NCBI GenBank assembly: GCA_950097015.1
Contig: CATNEN010000029.1
Coordinates: forward strand, 1-64,000
Origin: Macrostomum hystrix
Taxonomy: Eukaryota > Animalia > Platyhelminthes
Reading direction: 5' to 3'
DNA: 64,000 nt
The notes below the pieces were generated by a model. It worked only from the letters and a program-made list of their open reading frames with translations, ran no database searches and was not told the DNA's origin. Positions within the stretch are counted from its first letter, which is position 1; each line of letters opens with the position of its first letter. Of the stretch, positions 12,203 through 30,117 are shown piece by piece. Position numbers and translations under genes: made by a program.

Positions 12203-13394
12203 ATGGTGCTAGGTAAAGCTCTACTGGCCTACCATATTGTGTTAGGCACCGTGTTTACATTTGGCTTTGTCGGCAATCTGCTAGTTCTGCTTGTGATCTT
12301 GTCGCTCAAATCGCCGGCAAATGCTGTTACCAATATCTACGTGCTTAACCTGGTCATTGCCGACTCGCTCCACCTTCTGTCGATACTGCCATTTATTCGC
12401 CTGTCCATTGTGAAGTCGTGGCTCTGGGGCAACTTTCTGTGCAAGCTGTTCTTCATGAACCACTTTGCTAACTCCAATGTCACCATCTACATCATCACCG
12501 CCATGAGCTTCGATCGCTACAAGGCCGTGGTGTCGCCGTTCAATTCCGCCCGCTACCGCACCAAGAAGTTCGCCGTCATCCTCCTAGTCTGCCTCTGGCT
12601 CCTGAGCTGTCTAGTTGTAGCGCCGATCTACCTGAACGCCTACGTCGATTCCTTGGAAATGCGTCGCAATGTCACGGACGCCAACGGTACGATAGTTGAG
12701 GAGCTGCGCGTCGTCTACAGGTGCCTGCACCCAGCGTTGGGCTCAGTTAACCGATCCGAGGGGCCTGCTCAAGAAGCTGTTCACCGACACCTACTATTTC
12801 AGCCGCTACGTGTTTGTCACTGGCTGTGTACTGCCCGGCGTCCTACTCTGCACCTTCTACGCATTGATTCTGCGCAAGCTCTGGCAGATGAAACGGTCGC
12901 GCGCCTCCGGAGCCCAATCGCAGCAGCGCTTTGAAAAGGTCACCATTCTGGTGGTGGCTGTGGTCACCTTCTATCTGGTCTGCTGCCTGCCCCACTGGGT
13001 CTACATCAATGTGGTCGTTGAGATGAGCGAGTCCATCCGAGCCTGGGCGCCCATTGTGAGCCACATCACCACCCTGCTTGGCTACGTGAACAGCGCTGGC
13101 AATCCTATTCTGTACGCCTTCCTCAACGATAGCTTCCGCGCCTCACTGCGCGCCATCGTGGCCCGCCGTCTGCCAGCCGGTTGGCGGGGCGCCGGCACCG
13201 ACGCAGCTGGCGTCAATAACAATCGCAAAGCCGGCGACGACAATGCCGCTGTGGGTCTGCGGGACGCTGCCAACGATGACGAGCCGCTGCCACTGCTACC
13301 CGGCGGCGCCGCATTCAACACCAGCAACGGCTTGAACTTGGACAAGGCTTCAGTCGGAGTTGATACCCGCATCACTGAGACAGTCATCGATTGA
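12203..13394 (+). CDS. Intronless class A peptide GPCR, somatostatin / allatostatin-C receptor-like, about 396 aa after removing one extra C at about 12731
   Basis: ORFs 12203-12934 and 12696-13394 join into a 7TM protein: TM1 GN, TM2 LVIAD, TM3 C and FDRY, TM4 W, ECL2 C(LHQR)W, TM6 CCLPHW, TM7 NPILY, helix 8 F. TM6 KVTILVVAVVTFYLVCCLPHW resembles AstC-R/SSTR. Confidence 0.88.
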
Positions 13395-14674
13395 GCATGG
13401 CATAGCGGCCGCGGACAGAAGCGCAGTCAGCCGAAAGAAAGTTTTTATTCGTTATATAGTTTTTTGCTATTCTTAACAGCAGAAGACCATATGCGGATTT
13501 CAAATACCCACAGATTTATTTTTTCAGTATCTCCCAAAAATATTTAAGCCATTAAGAAGAAACCATTCTTACGATGAAAGTTAGTTCATCGAAAAGGGCG
13601 GAAAAATTGGATTCAGAATGTGGACTTTCACAATAATCGGTCCTTCGTGAAGTAGGCTGTGGGTATTTTAAATACCCGTGTTCTTTTCCCAGGGGAAATT
13701 GCGTGGACTGTTCAAGGCGAAAAATTAGAATGGTTTCAGTGTCAGCTTGTCGGTCCACTAGTCAGTTTTAGAAGAAGTAAAGGAGCGTTTGTTTTGTCAG
13801 CTGTTATTTTACTGACAAATTCTTTAAGTCGTCATTTTGCTTCTCGTGTAGTGTTGTTTGCTAGGAGATTATTATCATGCGTCTCGAGAAAGCATTCGTG
13901 TACTCGCATGATGAAGCTGCCCTCCCGCACGAACAAGAGAGTCTTAAAGACGAAAGGAAATTGAGAAACTGGCGAGCTCAAAGCCTTCTCTGGCTTTTTT
14001 GTGTGGCGGAAATTAAAAAGTAAAGGCCGTTTCCGGTTCAGCGCGGATTCCTTCTCATTTTTGGTCCCCAATTTTCCGTAATGTTTCTAACTGCACTTCT
14101 TCTGTCGACCAGCAATGTCAGTTAAGCATTGCACATGGCTTTGTTGTAGTACTTGTGTCCTATTATCCACATTTGTAGCATTATTCTGTCTGTCTTAGCA
14201 AATCTATTTTCAAAACAAAGCGCTACTGTCAGTGTTGTTCTGTCATTTCTGTCTGTATTGTTGCCAAAGGCTTTAAAAAACTATTTCCATTTTTTTTATT
14301 ATTAAATTTGTTTTATTAAACGTAGTCATAGTGATAGCTGTTTAATTTATTCGTAAGTAAACTCTGTTGTGAGTCATCAAATTAATAAATTAGAAAGATG
14401 CTATGGTTAATATTTTTGCACTTAGTTTTAGTTTGTGTTCAAACCAAAGCACTGATTCGCTTTCCTGTCTTACAATTATTAACAGTTGAATATTGTTAAT
14501 AAGCTATACGTGGATATTTCAAATTACCAATTTTTTCTTAGTGTAGTCTTTATAGCTAGTAGACAAAGTGGACACCAGGGTAGGTAAGGTCGGCAAAAAG
14601 TACTAAAGTATTCAAAAAATAGATATTAAAGATAGATTGATAATAATGATAATAACGCATTACAACTGCCCCAA

Positions 14675-14765
14675 TTGGGCCTGATGCGCAGCCGACAGCA
14701 CAGCCGCGGCTACTGCGCTGCGCATCCAAAGGCTGTGTACAACAATTCAGTCCATGGACTGGTGT
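14675..14765 (-). mobile_element. SINE family B 3' fragment
   Basis: Reverse complement of the 3' part of 43820-44113; palindrome at 14748-14761. Confidence 0.65.
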
Positions 14766-15199
14766 GGATCAGAGGCGCCGTGCCTGCACAAATTTCTACC
14801 CCAGCAAAAGTACATAAAAAAACCAGTGAATCTTGTTTGAGATCTACACTAGAAAATTCATAAATGGAAAACGCTATGCCGTGGGAAGATTTCATCTTTT
14901 GCCAACGTGATTGCATGCAAATTTGAGGAGAGAATAATATGCGAGGCCGAAATCTGCTTTCTGAGTTCCTTCGGGATCTGGATCAGTTCTCAGTCTCAAT
15001 GATTCTATTTTATCTCACTATTTCACTCCCTATCGTATGCGTCTCAGCTGTCTCAGTCATTGGTGATGAACTATGAAAGGCCTATGGCACTGAAAAAGAT
15101 TGATTTTCTGATAGCAGCTCCACTAGATTCTCGCTCAGAATTGCAGCACTGTTTCGCTGCTTTATCAATTGTTCAATTTTGAAGCATCTGCTCCAATAT

Positions 15200-15425
15200 A
15201 TGACTCTTACTGACTCACGACTTAAAGGTCGGGGGTTCGATTCCTGATGACATTGGGACAATTTGTGTCCTTTTAGCAAGACACAACTCTGCATTGCTGG
15301 AGTTCAACCAGCTGTTAAATGGGTCCCAGAATTAGTTGGGGTAGTTGAGAATGGGTGTGGCGTCCCCCCCAGTCCATGGACTGAACAGCCGTACGCAGAC
15401 TTCAGATGCGCCGCGCAATATATTT
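15200..15425 (+). mobile_element. SINE family B (tRNA head plus CORE-like domain)
   Basis: GGGGTTCGATTCC B box, TTGTGTCCTTTTAGCAAGACAC...CAGCTGTTAAATGGG, palindrome at 15370-15383. Confidence 0.8.
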
Positions 15426-15869
15426 ATAAGCAACTTCAGCATGGCTGTTTTTGTTTCTAACAACCAAACTGGAGACAAAAAAGTAATTCTAGTGTCCTCT
15501 CAGCCTTCTAAACCAGCACAAGTAGTGCAGGCAAACTAGTAAAGTGCTCTATTTTATTTCATCGATTAGCATTTTGCAGTCAGTTTGAGCTCTAGGAGCA
15601 GTTGGCAGAACTTAGGAACGTAAACATTTTAACTCTGGGTCTCAGTGTTTTTTTGTGCTTCAATACGGACTGAAATATTCAAATGCTGTTTCTTTTTTTA
15701 GTATTTATTATAGCTGTCTGTGTTCATTTTACACCCTAGCTGTAACTATTACACTCAAACTAGTCGGCTAGTAAAAGCTGAGGAAAATGGAGAGTAAGAC
15801 AAAGCAGGTAAAAATGATGAAGATAGATAAATAGACGCATGGACTACAAGTACGCTCGTAGTATAGTTG

Positions 15870-15975
15870 TGCGAGATGTACAGTGGCACAGCCTCAGCAA
15901 TTGCGCAGCGCATACAAAGGCTGTGCACATCTGTTCAGTCCATGGACTGGGGGAAGCCGCCAGTCCATGGACTTC
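15870..15975 (-). mobile_element. SINE family B 3' fragment
   Basis: Palindrome at 15936-15949 with a second near-copy at 15961; flanks match the family B 3' region. Confidence 0.6.
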
Positions 15976-16059
15976 TCTATCCCAGTGAGAAGTGTGACTG
16001 GTTGGCACTAAAGCCACAAGCGAGAAATCAGAGAACAGCATAGTGCAGAGAGCTACCGG

Positions 16060-16310
16060 AGAAAACGACACGGGAGAAACAGATGGGGGGAGAAAGACAG
16101 GGGAGAAAGACAGGGGAGAAAGACAGGGGAGAAAGACAGGGGAGAAAGACACGGGAGAAAGACACGGGAGAAAGACACGGGAGAAACAGATGTGGGGAGA
16201 AAGACAGGGGAGAAAGACAGGGGAGAAACAGATGTGAGGAGAAAGACAGGGGAGAAAGACAGGGGAGAAACAGATGTGAGGAGAAAGACAGGGGAGAACG
16301 ACAGACATAT
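16060..16310. repeat. Purine-rich 13-14-bp repeat (GGAGAAAGACAGGG)
   Basis: Read directly. Confidence 0.85.
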
Positions 16311-16834
16311 AGAGTAGGAGAGAAGCAGAATTCTAGAATCAGCCGAAAATATGTGCGTTGCATACTCAGCAGTCAAGAGCTCACTCTTGTAGATCCTCAG
16401 GACGTGAGCAAGTCCTCTAAACTCCCAATGCCTAGCGGGATGGCGAGACGAAGCAGAGAGCAATACACAAGGGCTGTCGAGGTAAAAATCACTTTTGCAA
16501 CTCCTAATTTTAGTCGAATATGTGTCCCAATGTTTATTGCTGTTCTGCTTCTAGCCTGCGGTTACCAGGCAGTAAAACTGCATAAACTAGCTTAGTTGTT
16601 TTCTACTCGTATATTAAGAAGTAATTCAAGCGATTGAGGCGTTGAAATGGTTCCAAACAACCAAGAAGCATACATCAGAGTATTTCAAACTGCGAGTCAC
16701 AATATCAGCGCGACGGCTCGGAATAATTTACGACTGAGTTTTTAATCTTTCTTTGTTTTACTTCTTTGCTTTCTTTTTTTACTAGCAAAATTTCACGCAA
16801 CAATTACTTTGAGACTATATACAGGGTAAAGAGG

Positions 16835-16965
16835 TATAGAGAGTAGGGAGAGAGGCATAGAGAGTAGCGAGAGAGGAATAGAGAGTAGGGAGAGAGGAAT
16901 GGAGAGTAGGGAGAGAGGAATGGAGAGTAGGGAGAGAGGAATAGAGAGTAGGGAGAGAGGCAAAG
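16835..16965. repeat. 21-bp purine-rich repeat (GAGAGTAGGGAGAGAGGAATA)
   Basis: About 6 copies. Confidence 0.8.
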
Positions 16966-17299
16966 AGAGTTGGGGGTGGTAAGGAGAGTTGGGAGAGTGA
17001 CTGAGGATGAGAGGGGATTGGGGAGTTTTATCCCACTCCTTATCCAGTGAATTACCAGTCTTTCTTCCCCAGTAAAAAACAACTGAGATCTGACTGCTTT
17101 TTACAGTTTCGTTGCACTTAAAATATTGCGTGAGCTGATTTCATATTGTGGTCTCAAACCTGAAAAGCTTTTCAGAGAAGTTCTGAAGTGTCTGAGAAGT
17201 GTTATTAGAGTTGTCCATTTAGCCTTTTAATCACCACAGTCTGTGCGTCACTCATTCCTTTTTTCTATTGAACTTGCCTCTGCAATCTTTTTTAATCGA

Positions 17300-17490
17300 C
17301 GGAGCTTATCGTCCAGGACTTCGTGAGTTCGAATTTCAGCCAAAAGAGAAACTGATTGTGTGCTTGGGCGAGACACCTAATTCCCGATTGATTCCATTTA
17401 TTCAGCTGCTAAATTTCCTTTGGTATCAGTCCATGGACTGAGCAGTTGTACACAGCCACTTACTGTACATCTGCAGTGTGTACAACTTCT
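17300..17490 (+). mobile_element. Degenerate SINE family B copy
   Basis: GAGTTCGAATTTC B box, TGTGTGCTTGGGCGAGACACCTAA, palindrome at 17427-17440. Confidence 0.65.
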
Positions 17491-17934
17491 TTCAACAACG
17501 GTGCAGCAGATTCTTACTCTTTGAAAAAATACAAAGAAAATATTTTCGGATTTTAACAAATCACAGGTTAAAAAATCTAGCAGATTAAAAGTGGCCCGCC
17601 GTTATCTAAAATAAAAAGTGAAAATTTCTCAAATGCAGTCTAGCACAGCTGATATTTCACTTTTGTACAGTAAAAATTGTACTGAAAAGGGGCAGAACTA
17701 GTTTCCTAATCGCGGGCTTCCGTCTGCAGGGAGACGGGGCGACAGGTTTAAAGTGGATTAACTCCAGTAAGAAATCAATAAATCAGAGATTTTAAGTCAG
17801 TGTAGCCGGGCGCTAAGGAGTCAAGATTAAGGACTGGGGGTGACACACTTCCGGTTCATTCAATAGCTTTTTCTCTCGCTACCTTTAAGCCACTGGGATT
17901 AATTGACTGCATGAATCTTATCTTAGAGAGAGTG

Positions 17935-18500
17935 TGAGGGTGTTGCAGCTTCCACTAGCATTTACCTGAGCCCTGCCCCTGAGGATTGGGGTGTTGCAGC
18001 TTCCACTAGCATTTACCTGAGCCCTGCCCCTGAGGATTGGGGTGTTGCAGCTTCCACTATCATTTACCTGAGCCCTGCCCCTGAGGATTGGGGTGTTGCA
18101 GCTTCCACTATCATTTACCTGAGCCCTGCCCCTGAGGATTGGGGTGTTGCAGCTTCCACTATCATTTACCTGAGCCCTGCCCCTGAGGATTGGGGTGTTG
18201 CAGCTTCCACTATCATTTACCTGAGCCCTGCCCCTGAGGATTGGGGTGTTGCAGCTTCCACTATCATTTACCTGAGCCCAACCCCTGAGGATTGGGGTGT
18301 TGCAGCTTCCACTTTCATTTACCTGAGCCTTACCCCTGAGGATTGGGGTGTTGCAGCTTCCACTATCATTTACCTGAGCCTTACCCCTGAGGATTGGGGT
18401 ATTGCAGCTTCCACTATCATTTACCTGAGCCTTACCCCTGAGGATTGGAGTATTGCAGCTTCCGCTATCATTTACCTGAGCCCAACCCCTGATGATTGGG
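17935..18500. repeat. 51-bp minisatellite (GGGGTGTTGCAGCTTCCACTATCATTTACCTGAGCCCTGCCCCTGAGGATT)
   Basis: About 11 copies. Confidence 0.95.
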
Positions 18501-18879
18501 TGTTATACCATTTAATATTTTATTCGCGAGCTTTGCAATCATGCAAAACTTCAGTTTAAGGTGCGCGATGCTTGCCTAATATGATCGGAACTTGAAATCT
18601 TTTTCGTTTTTTGTTCTTTCTATAACTTTCATTTTATCTTTCTTTATATTTACCTGCTGCGGTTTGAAACTGTTAGTTTAGCAGCTCAGCATCTGTCTAA
18701 TCTGAGATGGAGTAGTGTGAGTAGGGCAAAGTGTGAGGGAATAACAGGGAATTGACGGATGTTTGCGAAGAACTGCGTCTCTTTATTTGTCTCCCGAGTC
18801 TTGTTTCTGCGAAGCTTCCGCTCCGATCAGGACAACTGATAAGATAAGATAATAAGTTCAGTTAGAAAAGTTAACAGGT

Positions 18880-19180
18880 GAGGGAGTGAGAGAGTGCAGT
18901 AGTGTCAGGGAGTGAGAGAGAGTGCAGTAGTGTCAGGGAGTGAGAGAGAGTGCAGTTGTGTAAGGGAGTGAGAGAGTGCAGTAGTGTCAGGGAGTGAGAG
19001 AGTGCAGTAGTGTCAGGGAGTGAGAGAGTGCAGTAGTGTCAGGGAGTGAGAGAGTGCAGTAGTGTCAGGGAGTGAGAGAGTGCAGTAGTGTCAGGGAGTG
19101 AGAGAGTGCAGTAGTGTCAGGGAGTGAGAGAGTGCAGTAGTGTCAGGGAGTGAGAGAGTGCAGTAGTGTCAGGGAGTGAA
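18880..19180. repeat. 26-bp minisatellite (GGGAGTGAGAGAGTGCAGTAGTGTCA)
   Basis: About 11 copies. Confidence 0.92.
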
Positions 19181-19639
19181 AGGGAGTGTGTGCAATAGTA
19201 CGAGTAGTTGTAGTGCAATCCCAGTTGAGAAGTGTCAACTAGTGAGAGTGAGTGTAGTTGAGCAGTATCAGAAGAGTTAAAGAATTATGAATTCACCCCT
19301 TCAGCAGAGTTTCTGCTGCTGCTGCTGCTGCTGTCCATAGGCAATATCTGAATATAGAAAAATTCATTAACGGTCGAGTAGGTTTTCTTGCGCGCTTTTA
19401 GTTCATAATCGTCTCAGCTGTGAGTTGACTCAATAAAAACCTTTAGTTGCAACCAACGCATTAAATCGGCCAGTTGCGGGCGATCCCCTGAGAGAGGACT
19501 CAAAATCTGAAAGCCAAGGAGAGCAGACTGCAGTGAGGTTGGTAATGGACTGTTGTGAAGGCTTAGTGTGATAGTAAACAGAAATAAAAACTGCATTACT
19601 GAGTCGATTTAATGTTTGCGAGATTGGAATACTGTCCCA

Positions 19640-21372
19640 CAGAGTGGGATAGTGTCAGACATGGTGACATTTTGGGATAGTGTCAGATATGGTGACATTG
19701 TGGGATAGTGTCAGATATGGTGACATTGTGGGATAGTGTCAGATATGGGGACATTGTGGGATAGTGGTCAGATATGGTTACATTATGGGATAGTGGTCAG
19801 ATATGGTGACATTGTGGGATAGTGTCAGATATGGTGACATTGTGAGATAGTGTCAGATAGGGTGACATTGTGTGATAGTGTCAGATATGGTGACATTATG
19901 TGATAGTGTCAGATAGGGTGACATTTTGGGATAGTGTCAGATATGGTGACATTGTGGGATAGTGTCAGATATGGTGACATTGTGGGATAGTGTCAGATAG
20001 GGTGACATTGTGGGATACTGTCAGATATGGTGACATTGTGGGATAGTGTCAGATAGGTTGAGATTATGGGATAGTGTCAGATATGGTGACATTGTGGGAT
20101 AGTGTCAGATATGCTGACATTGTGGGATAGTGTCAGATATGGTGACATTGTGGGATAGTGGTCAGATATGGTGACATTGTGGGATAGTGTCAGATATGGT
20201 GACATTATGGGATAGTGTCAGATAGGGTGACATTGTGGGATACTGTCAGATAGGGTGACATTGTGGGATAGTGTCAGATAGGGTGACATTGTGGGATAGT
20301 GTCAGATAGGGTGACATTGTGTGATAGTGTCAGATATGGTGACATTATGGGATAGTGTCAGATAGGGTGACATTGTGGGATACTGTCAGATAGGGTGAGA
20401 TTGTGGGATAGTGTCAGATAGGGTGAGATTGTGGGATATTGTCAGATAGGGTGACATTGTGGGATATTGTCAGATAGGGTGAGATTATGGGATAGTGTCA
20501 GATAGGGTGAGATTGTGGGATAGTGTCAGATAGGGTGAGATTATGGGATAGTGTCAGATAGGGTGACATTGTGGGATAGTGTCAGATATGGTGACATTGT
20601 GGGATAGTGTCAGATAGGGTGAGATTGTGGGATAGTGTCAGATAGGGTGAGATTGTGGGATAGTGTCAGATATGGTGACATTGTTAGATAGTGTCAGATA
20701 GGGTGACATTGTATGATAGTGTCAGATATGGTGACATTATGTGATATTGTCAGATAGGGTGACATTTTGGGATAGTGTCAGATATGGTGACATTGTGGGA
20801 TAGTGTCAGATATGGTGACATTGTGGGATAGTGTCAGATAGGGTGACATTGTGGGATACTGTCAGATATGGTGACATTGTGGGATAGTGTCAGATAGGTT
20901 GAGATTATGGGATAGTGTCAGATAGGGTGACATTGTGTGATAGTGTCAGATATGGTGACATTATGGGATAGTGTCAGATAGGGTGAAATTGTGGGATAGT
21001 GTCAGATATGGTGACATTGTGGGATAGTGGTCAGATATGGTGACATTATGGGATAGTGGTCAGATATGGTGACATTGTGGGATAGTGGTCAGATATGGTG
21101 ACATTGTGGGATAGTGTCAGATATGGTGAGATTATGGGATAGTGTCAGATATGGTGAGATTATGGGATAGTGTCAGATGGTGAGATTATGGGATAGTGTC
21201 AGATATGGTGAGATTATGGGATAGTGTCAGATATGGTTAGATTATGGGATGTGTCAGATATGGTGAGATTATGGGATAGTGTCAGATATGGTGAGATTAT
21301 GGGATAGTGTCAGATATGGTGAGATTATGGGATAGTGTCAGATGGTGAGATTATGGGATAGTGTCAGATATG
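19640..21372. repeat. 28-bp minisatellite (GTGACATTGTGGGATAGTGTCAGATATG)
   Basis: About 60 copies. Confidence 0.95.
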
Positions 21373-21774
21373 TCATAGTATTTTTGCAGATTTTCCAATC
21401 AGACAATAAAATTGCTTCTGCGGTGGTTTCCGAATTGTGGGTGCGACTCGGCAAGATGGTAAAGGAGTTTGTGTAAGTAATCCTTTCAAGATTCATAGTG
21501 TCAGGAAAGTCAGACACTGGCGCTGATTCTGTGCAGCAAAATTATTGCAGAGAAAAATATGCACTTTTATGGTGTCAGTTGTGAGCGAGTGTAATTCCAG
21601 CGATTTATTAGCAGAATCAGGATTTTTTTACAAAAATTCACTCGTAAGCTACTGTTAGTACGTGCTTAAGAAATATTTTTTTTGCAAAAAAGATAAATAA
21701 CAGTTGCGTAAGTTAGAAATTAAACTATAGCGACAGTTTCGGCAGAGCGAAATTTTATATGCAAGAGGACTGAA

Positions 21775-23222
21775 CCTTATGGGAATCGATCAGCAAGATC
21801 ACTGTGATCCCAATGATCTCTATGGGGAATCGATCAGCAAGATCACTGTGATCCCAATGATTTCTATGGGGAATCGATCAGCAAGATCACTGTGATCCCA
21901 ATGATCTCTATGGGGAATCGATCAGCAAGATCACTGTGATCCCAATGATTTCTATGGGGAATCGATCAGCAAGATCACTGTGATCCCAATGATCTCTATG
22001 GGGAATCGATCAGCAAGATCACTGTGATCCCAATGATCTCTATGGGGAATCGATCAGCAAGATCACTGTGATCCCAATGATCTCTATGGGGAATCGATCA
22101 GCAAGATCACTGTGATCCCAATGATCTCTATGGGGAATCAATCAGCAAGATCACTGTGATCCCAATGATCTCTATGGGGAATCGATCAGCAAGATCACTT
22201 TGATCCCAATGATCTCTATGGGGAATCGATCAGCAAGATCACTGTGATCCCAATGATTTCTATGGGGAATCGATCAGCAAGATCACTGTGATCCCAATGA
22301 TCTCTATGGGAAATCGATCAGCAAGATCACTGTGATCCCAATGATCTCTATGGGGAATCGATCAGCAAGATCACCTGTGATCCCCATGATCTCTATGGGG
22401 AATCGATCAGCAAGATCACTGTGATCCCAATGATCTCTATGGGGAATCGATCAGCAAGATCACTGTGATCCCAATGATCTCTATGGGGAATCGATCAGCA
22501 AGATCACTGTGATTTTTAATGATTTCTATGGGGAATCGATCAGCAAGATCACTGTGATCCCAATGATCTCTATGGGGAATCGATAAGCAAGATCACTGTG
22601 ATCCCAATGATTTCTATGGGGAATCGATCAGCAAGATCACTGTGATCCCAATGATTTCTATGGGGAATCGATCAGCAAGATTACTGTGATCCCAATGATT
22701 TCTATGGGGAATCGATCAGCAAGATTACTGTGATCCCAATGATTTCTATGGGGAATCGATCAGCAAGATCACTTTGATCCCAATGATCTCTATGGGGAAC
22801 CGATCAGCAAGATCACTGTGATCCCAATGATCTCTATGGGGAATCGATCAGCAAGATCACTGTGATCCCAATGATCTCTATGGGGAATCGATCAGCAAGA
22901 TTACTGTGATCCCAATGATCTCTATGGGGAATCGATCAGCAAGATCACTGTGATCCAATGATTTCTATGGGGAATCGATCAGCAAGATCACTTTGATCCC
23001 AATGATCTCTATGGGGAATCGATCAGCAAGATCACTGTGATCCCAATGATCTCTATGGGGAATCGATCAGCAAGATTACTGTGATCCCAATGATCTCTAT
23101 GGGGAATCGATCAGCAAGATCACTGTGATCCTAATGATTTCTATGGGAAATCGATCAGCAAGATCACTGTGATCCCAATGATCTCTATGGGGAACCGATC
23201 AGCAAGATCACAGTGACCCCAA
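21775..23222. repeat. 44-bp minisatellite (GGGGAATCGATCAGCAAGATCACTGTGATCCCAATGATCTCTAT)
   Basis: About 33 head-to-tail copies with no unique spacers; internal inverted repeat GATCAC-T-GTGATC. Confidence 0.95.
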
Positions 23223-23371
23223 TGAACATTTAAAGTAAGAATGAAAAAGTGGATTTTAACCTGCAGAAAAATATCTGATTTGTTATTTGTGTCCATTTTA
23301 ACCACTAGTCCATTTATGTTTAACTGAAGTTTTAGCGCAAGGCAAACAGGTTTGTCGGGTGCATTCCAACT

Positions 23372-28926
<5,555 letters not shown>

Positions 28927-29311
28927 GCTTGCCGGGTGTGAATCCTAGCCTGCGTGAAGACTGCATGGTGCAAAGTCATGCCGCCTATTTATGCACCCCG
29001 CCAAATGACCTGCTGCTGACCTGTTTCTTTCACTCCCTGTCTCACCTAAATAATTATTTGTGCAAAAAGTACTCGTATTTGGAAAAAAAAGATTTTCTTG
29101 GGACTGCTAAAAGTAACATTTTGTCGAACGCCCATGAAGCTAAAAAGATGTTTACAAAAATTACCACACAATCTCCTAATCGCTATATAAAAGTAAATAC
29201 CTGCATTATCCTAAACGAGAACATTAACCTAAATTTAGGAAATAATGCATTTCTTCATTCATGTGGGATGAGTGGCAAATTGGCGCAGCTGCTGATGAAG
29301 GCTGTACAATT

Positions 29312-29520
29312 TACAGTGAGAGTGTACACTGCCTGACGATGAGACAATCAGGGCAGATGTACACACGTGTGTAAGCGTGTGTCTGTGTGCGTTGTGTGCT
29401 CAGGAGTCAGCGAAATGGGCAGAATTGCCTCCTCGCTGGCTGCGGGTCTAGTGTCACCAAATGATGTGCCATTGCCCGGAGTCCTCCTGCAATTATTAAT
29501 ATTATTATTATTTCTATTTC
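29312..29520 (+). mobile_element. SINE family A, 3' part
   Basis: GCTCAGGAGTCAGC...GCTGGCTGCGGGTCTAGTGTCACCAAATG...CTCCTGCAATTATTA. Confidence 0.78.
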
Positions 29521-29755
29521 TTCATTCATGCATTTCTCTGCGAATCGGCCAATCAATCAATTAAGTAATCAATAAATCAATCGAACAATTCCGCGTGGTA
29601 GAATAATTTGTTATTCAATAAATCAGATGTTTTTATAAATCGATCAATAACATCACAACGAAGATCGCTCCTGTGGAATTGCGCGAACGTACCAGGTGTA
29701 CGGTTGATTGAAAAAATATAATTTCCTTATCACAATCATGCCAGTGTTTTTTTAC

Positions 29756-30026
29756 TAGGGCCTTATCAGTTGACCAAGTTTTATCGCTGCATCGACCCAG
29801 AATTTTTGCATTCTTTGCTCATTGGCTAGAATTGCAACCCTTTAGCTGAGCATGTACTTAACAGAATTAGCCATCCTATCGCTCATTGGCTGAAGGCGCA
29901 AATCACTTTTTACCGGGCACGTACATGCTGAATGTACATTGTCAGGAACCGAGCGGTTTCCTTATTAGGATTTCCTATATATCAAGCCTAAAATATCGCC
30001 TAAAATAACAAGCTGATAAGGCCCCA
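29756..30026. mobile_element. Candidate MITE of about 270 bp
   Basis: Inverted repeat GGGCCTTATCAG (about 29758) / CTGATAAGGCCC (about 30013), extending with mismatches to about 18 bp. No convincing TSD. Confidence 0.35.
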
Positions 30027-30117
30027 TACGTTGATCCTACTGCAAGAGCTACAATTTAAAAGTGGTAGAAAGTTTTCTGAAATAAAACGCTCCTACGTGA
30101 TGAAAATATCATACATA

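Noticed and set aside
12734-12934. Programmed frameshift or overlapping gene in the GPCR
   Set aside because: There is no slippery heptamer or evident downstream structure; a 1-nt indel explains the overlap fully.
21775-23222. CRISPR-like array (also considered for 17935-18500 and 35995-37568)
   Set aside because: Units are head-to-tail with no unique spacers, there are no cas genes, and the context is eukaryotic.
13400-23370. Short ORFs between the GPCR and otopetrin
   Set aside because: No recognisable domains or consistent exon signals; several are SINE or repeat translations. Small exons could still have been missed.
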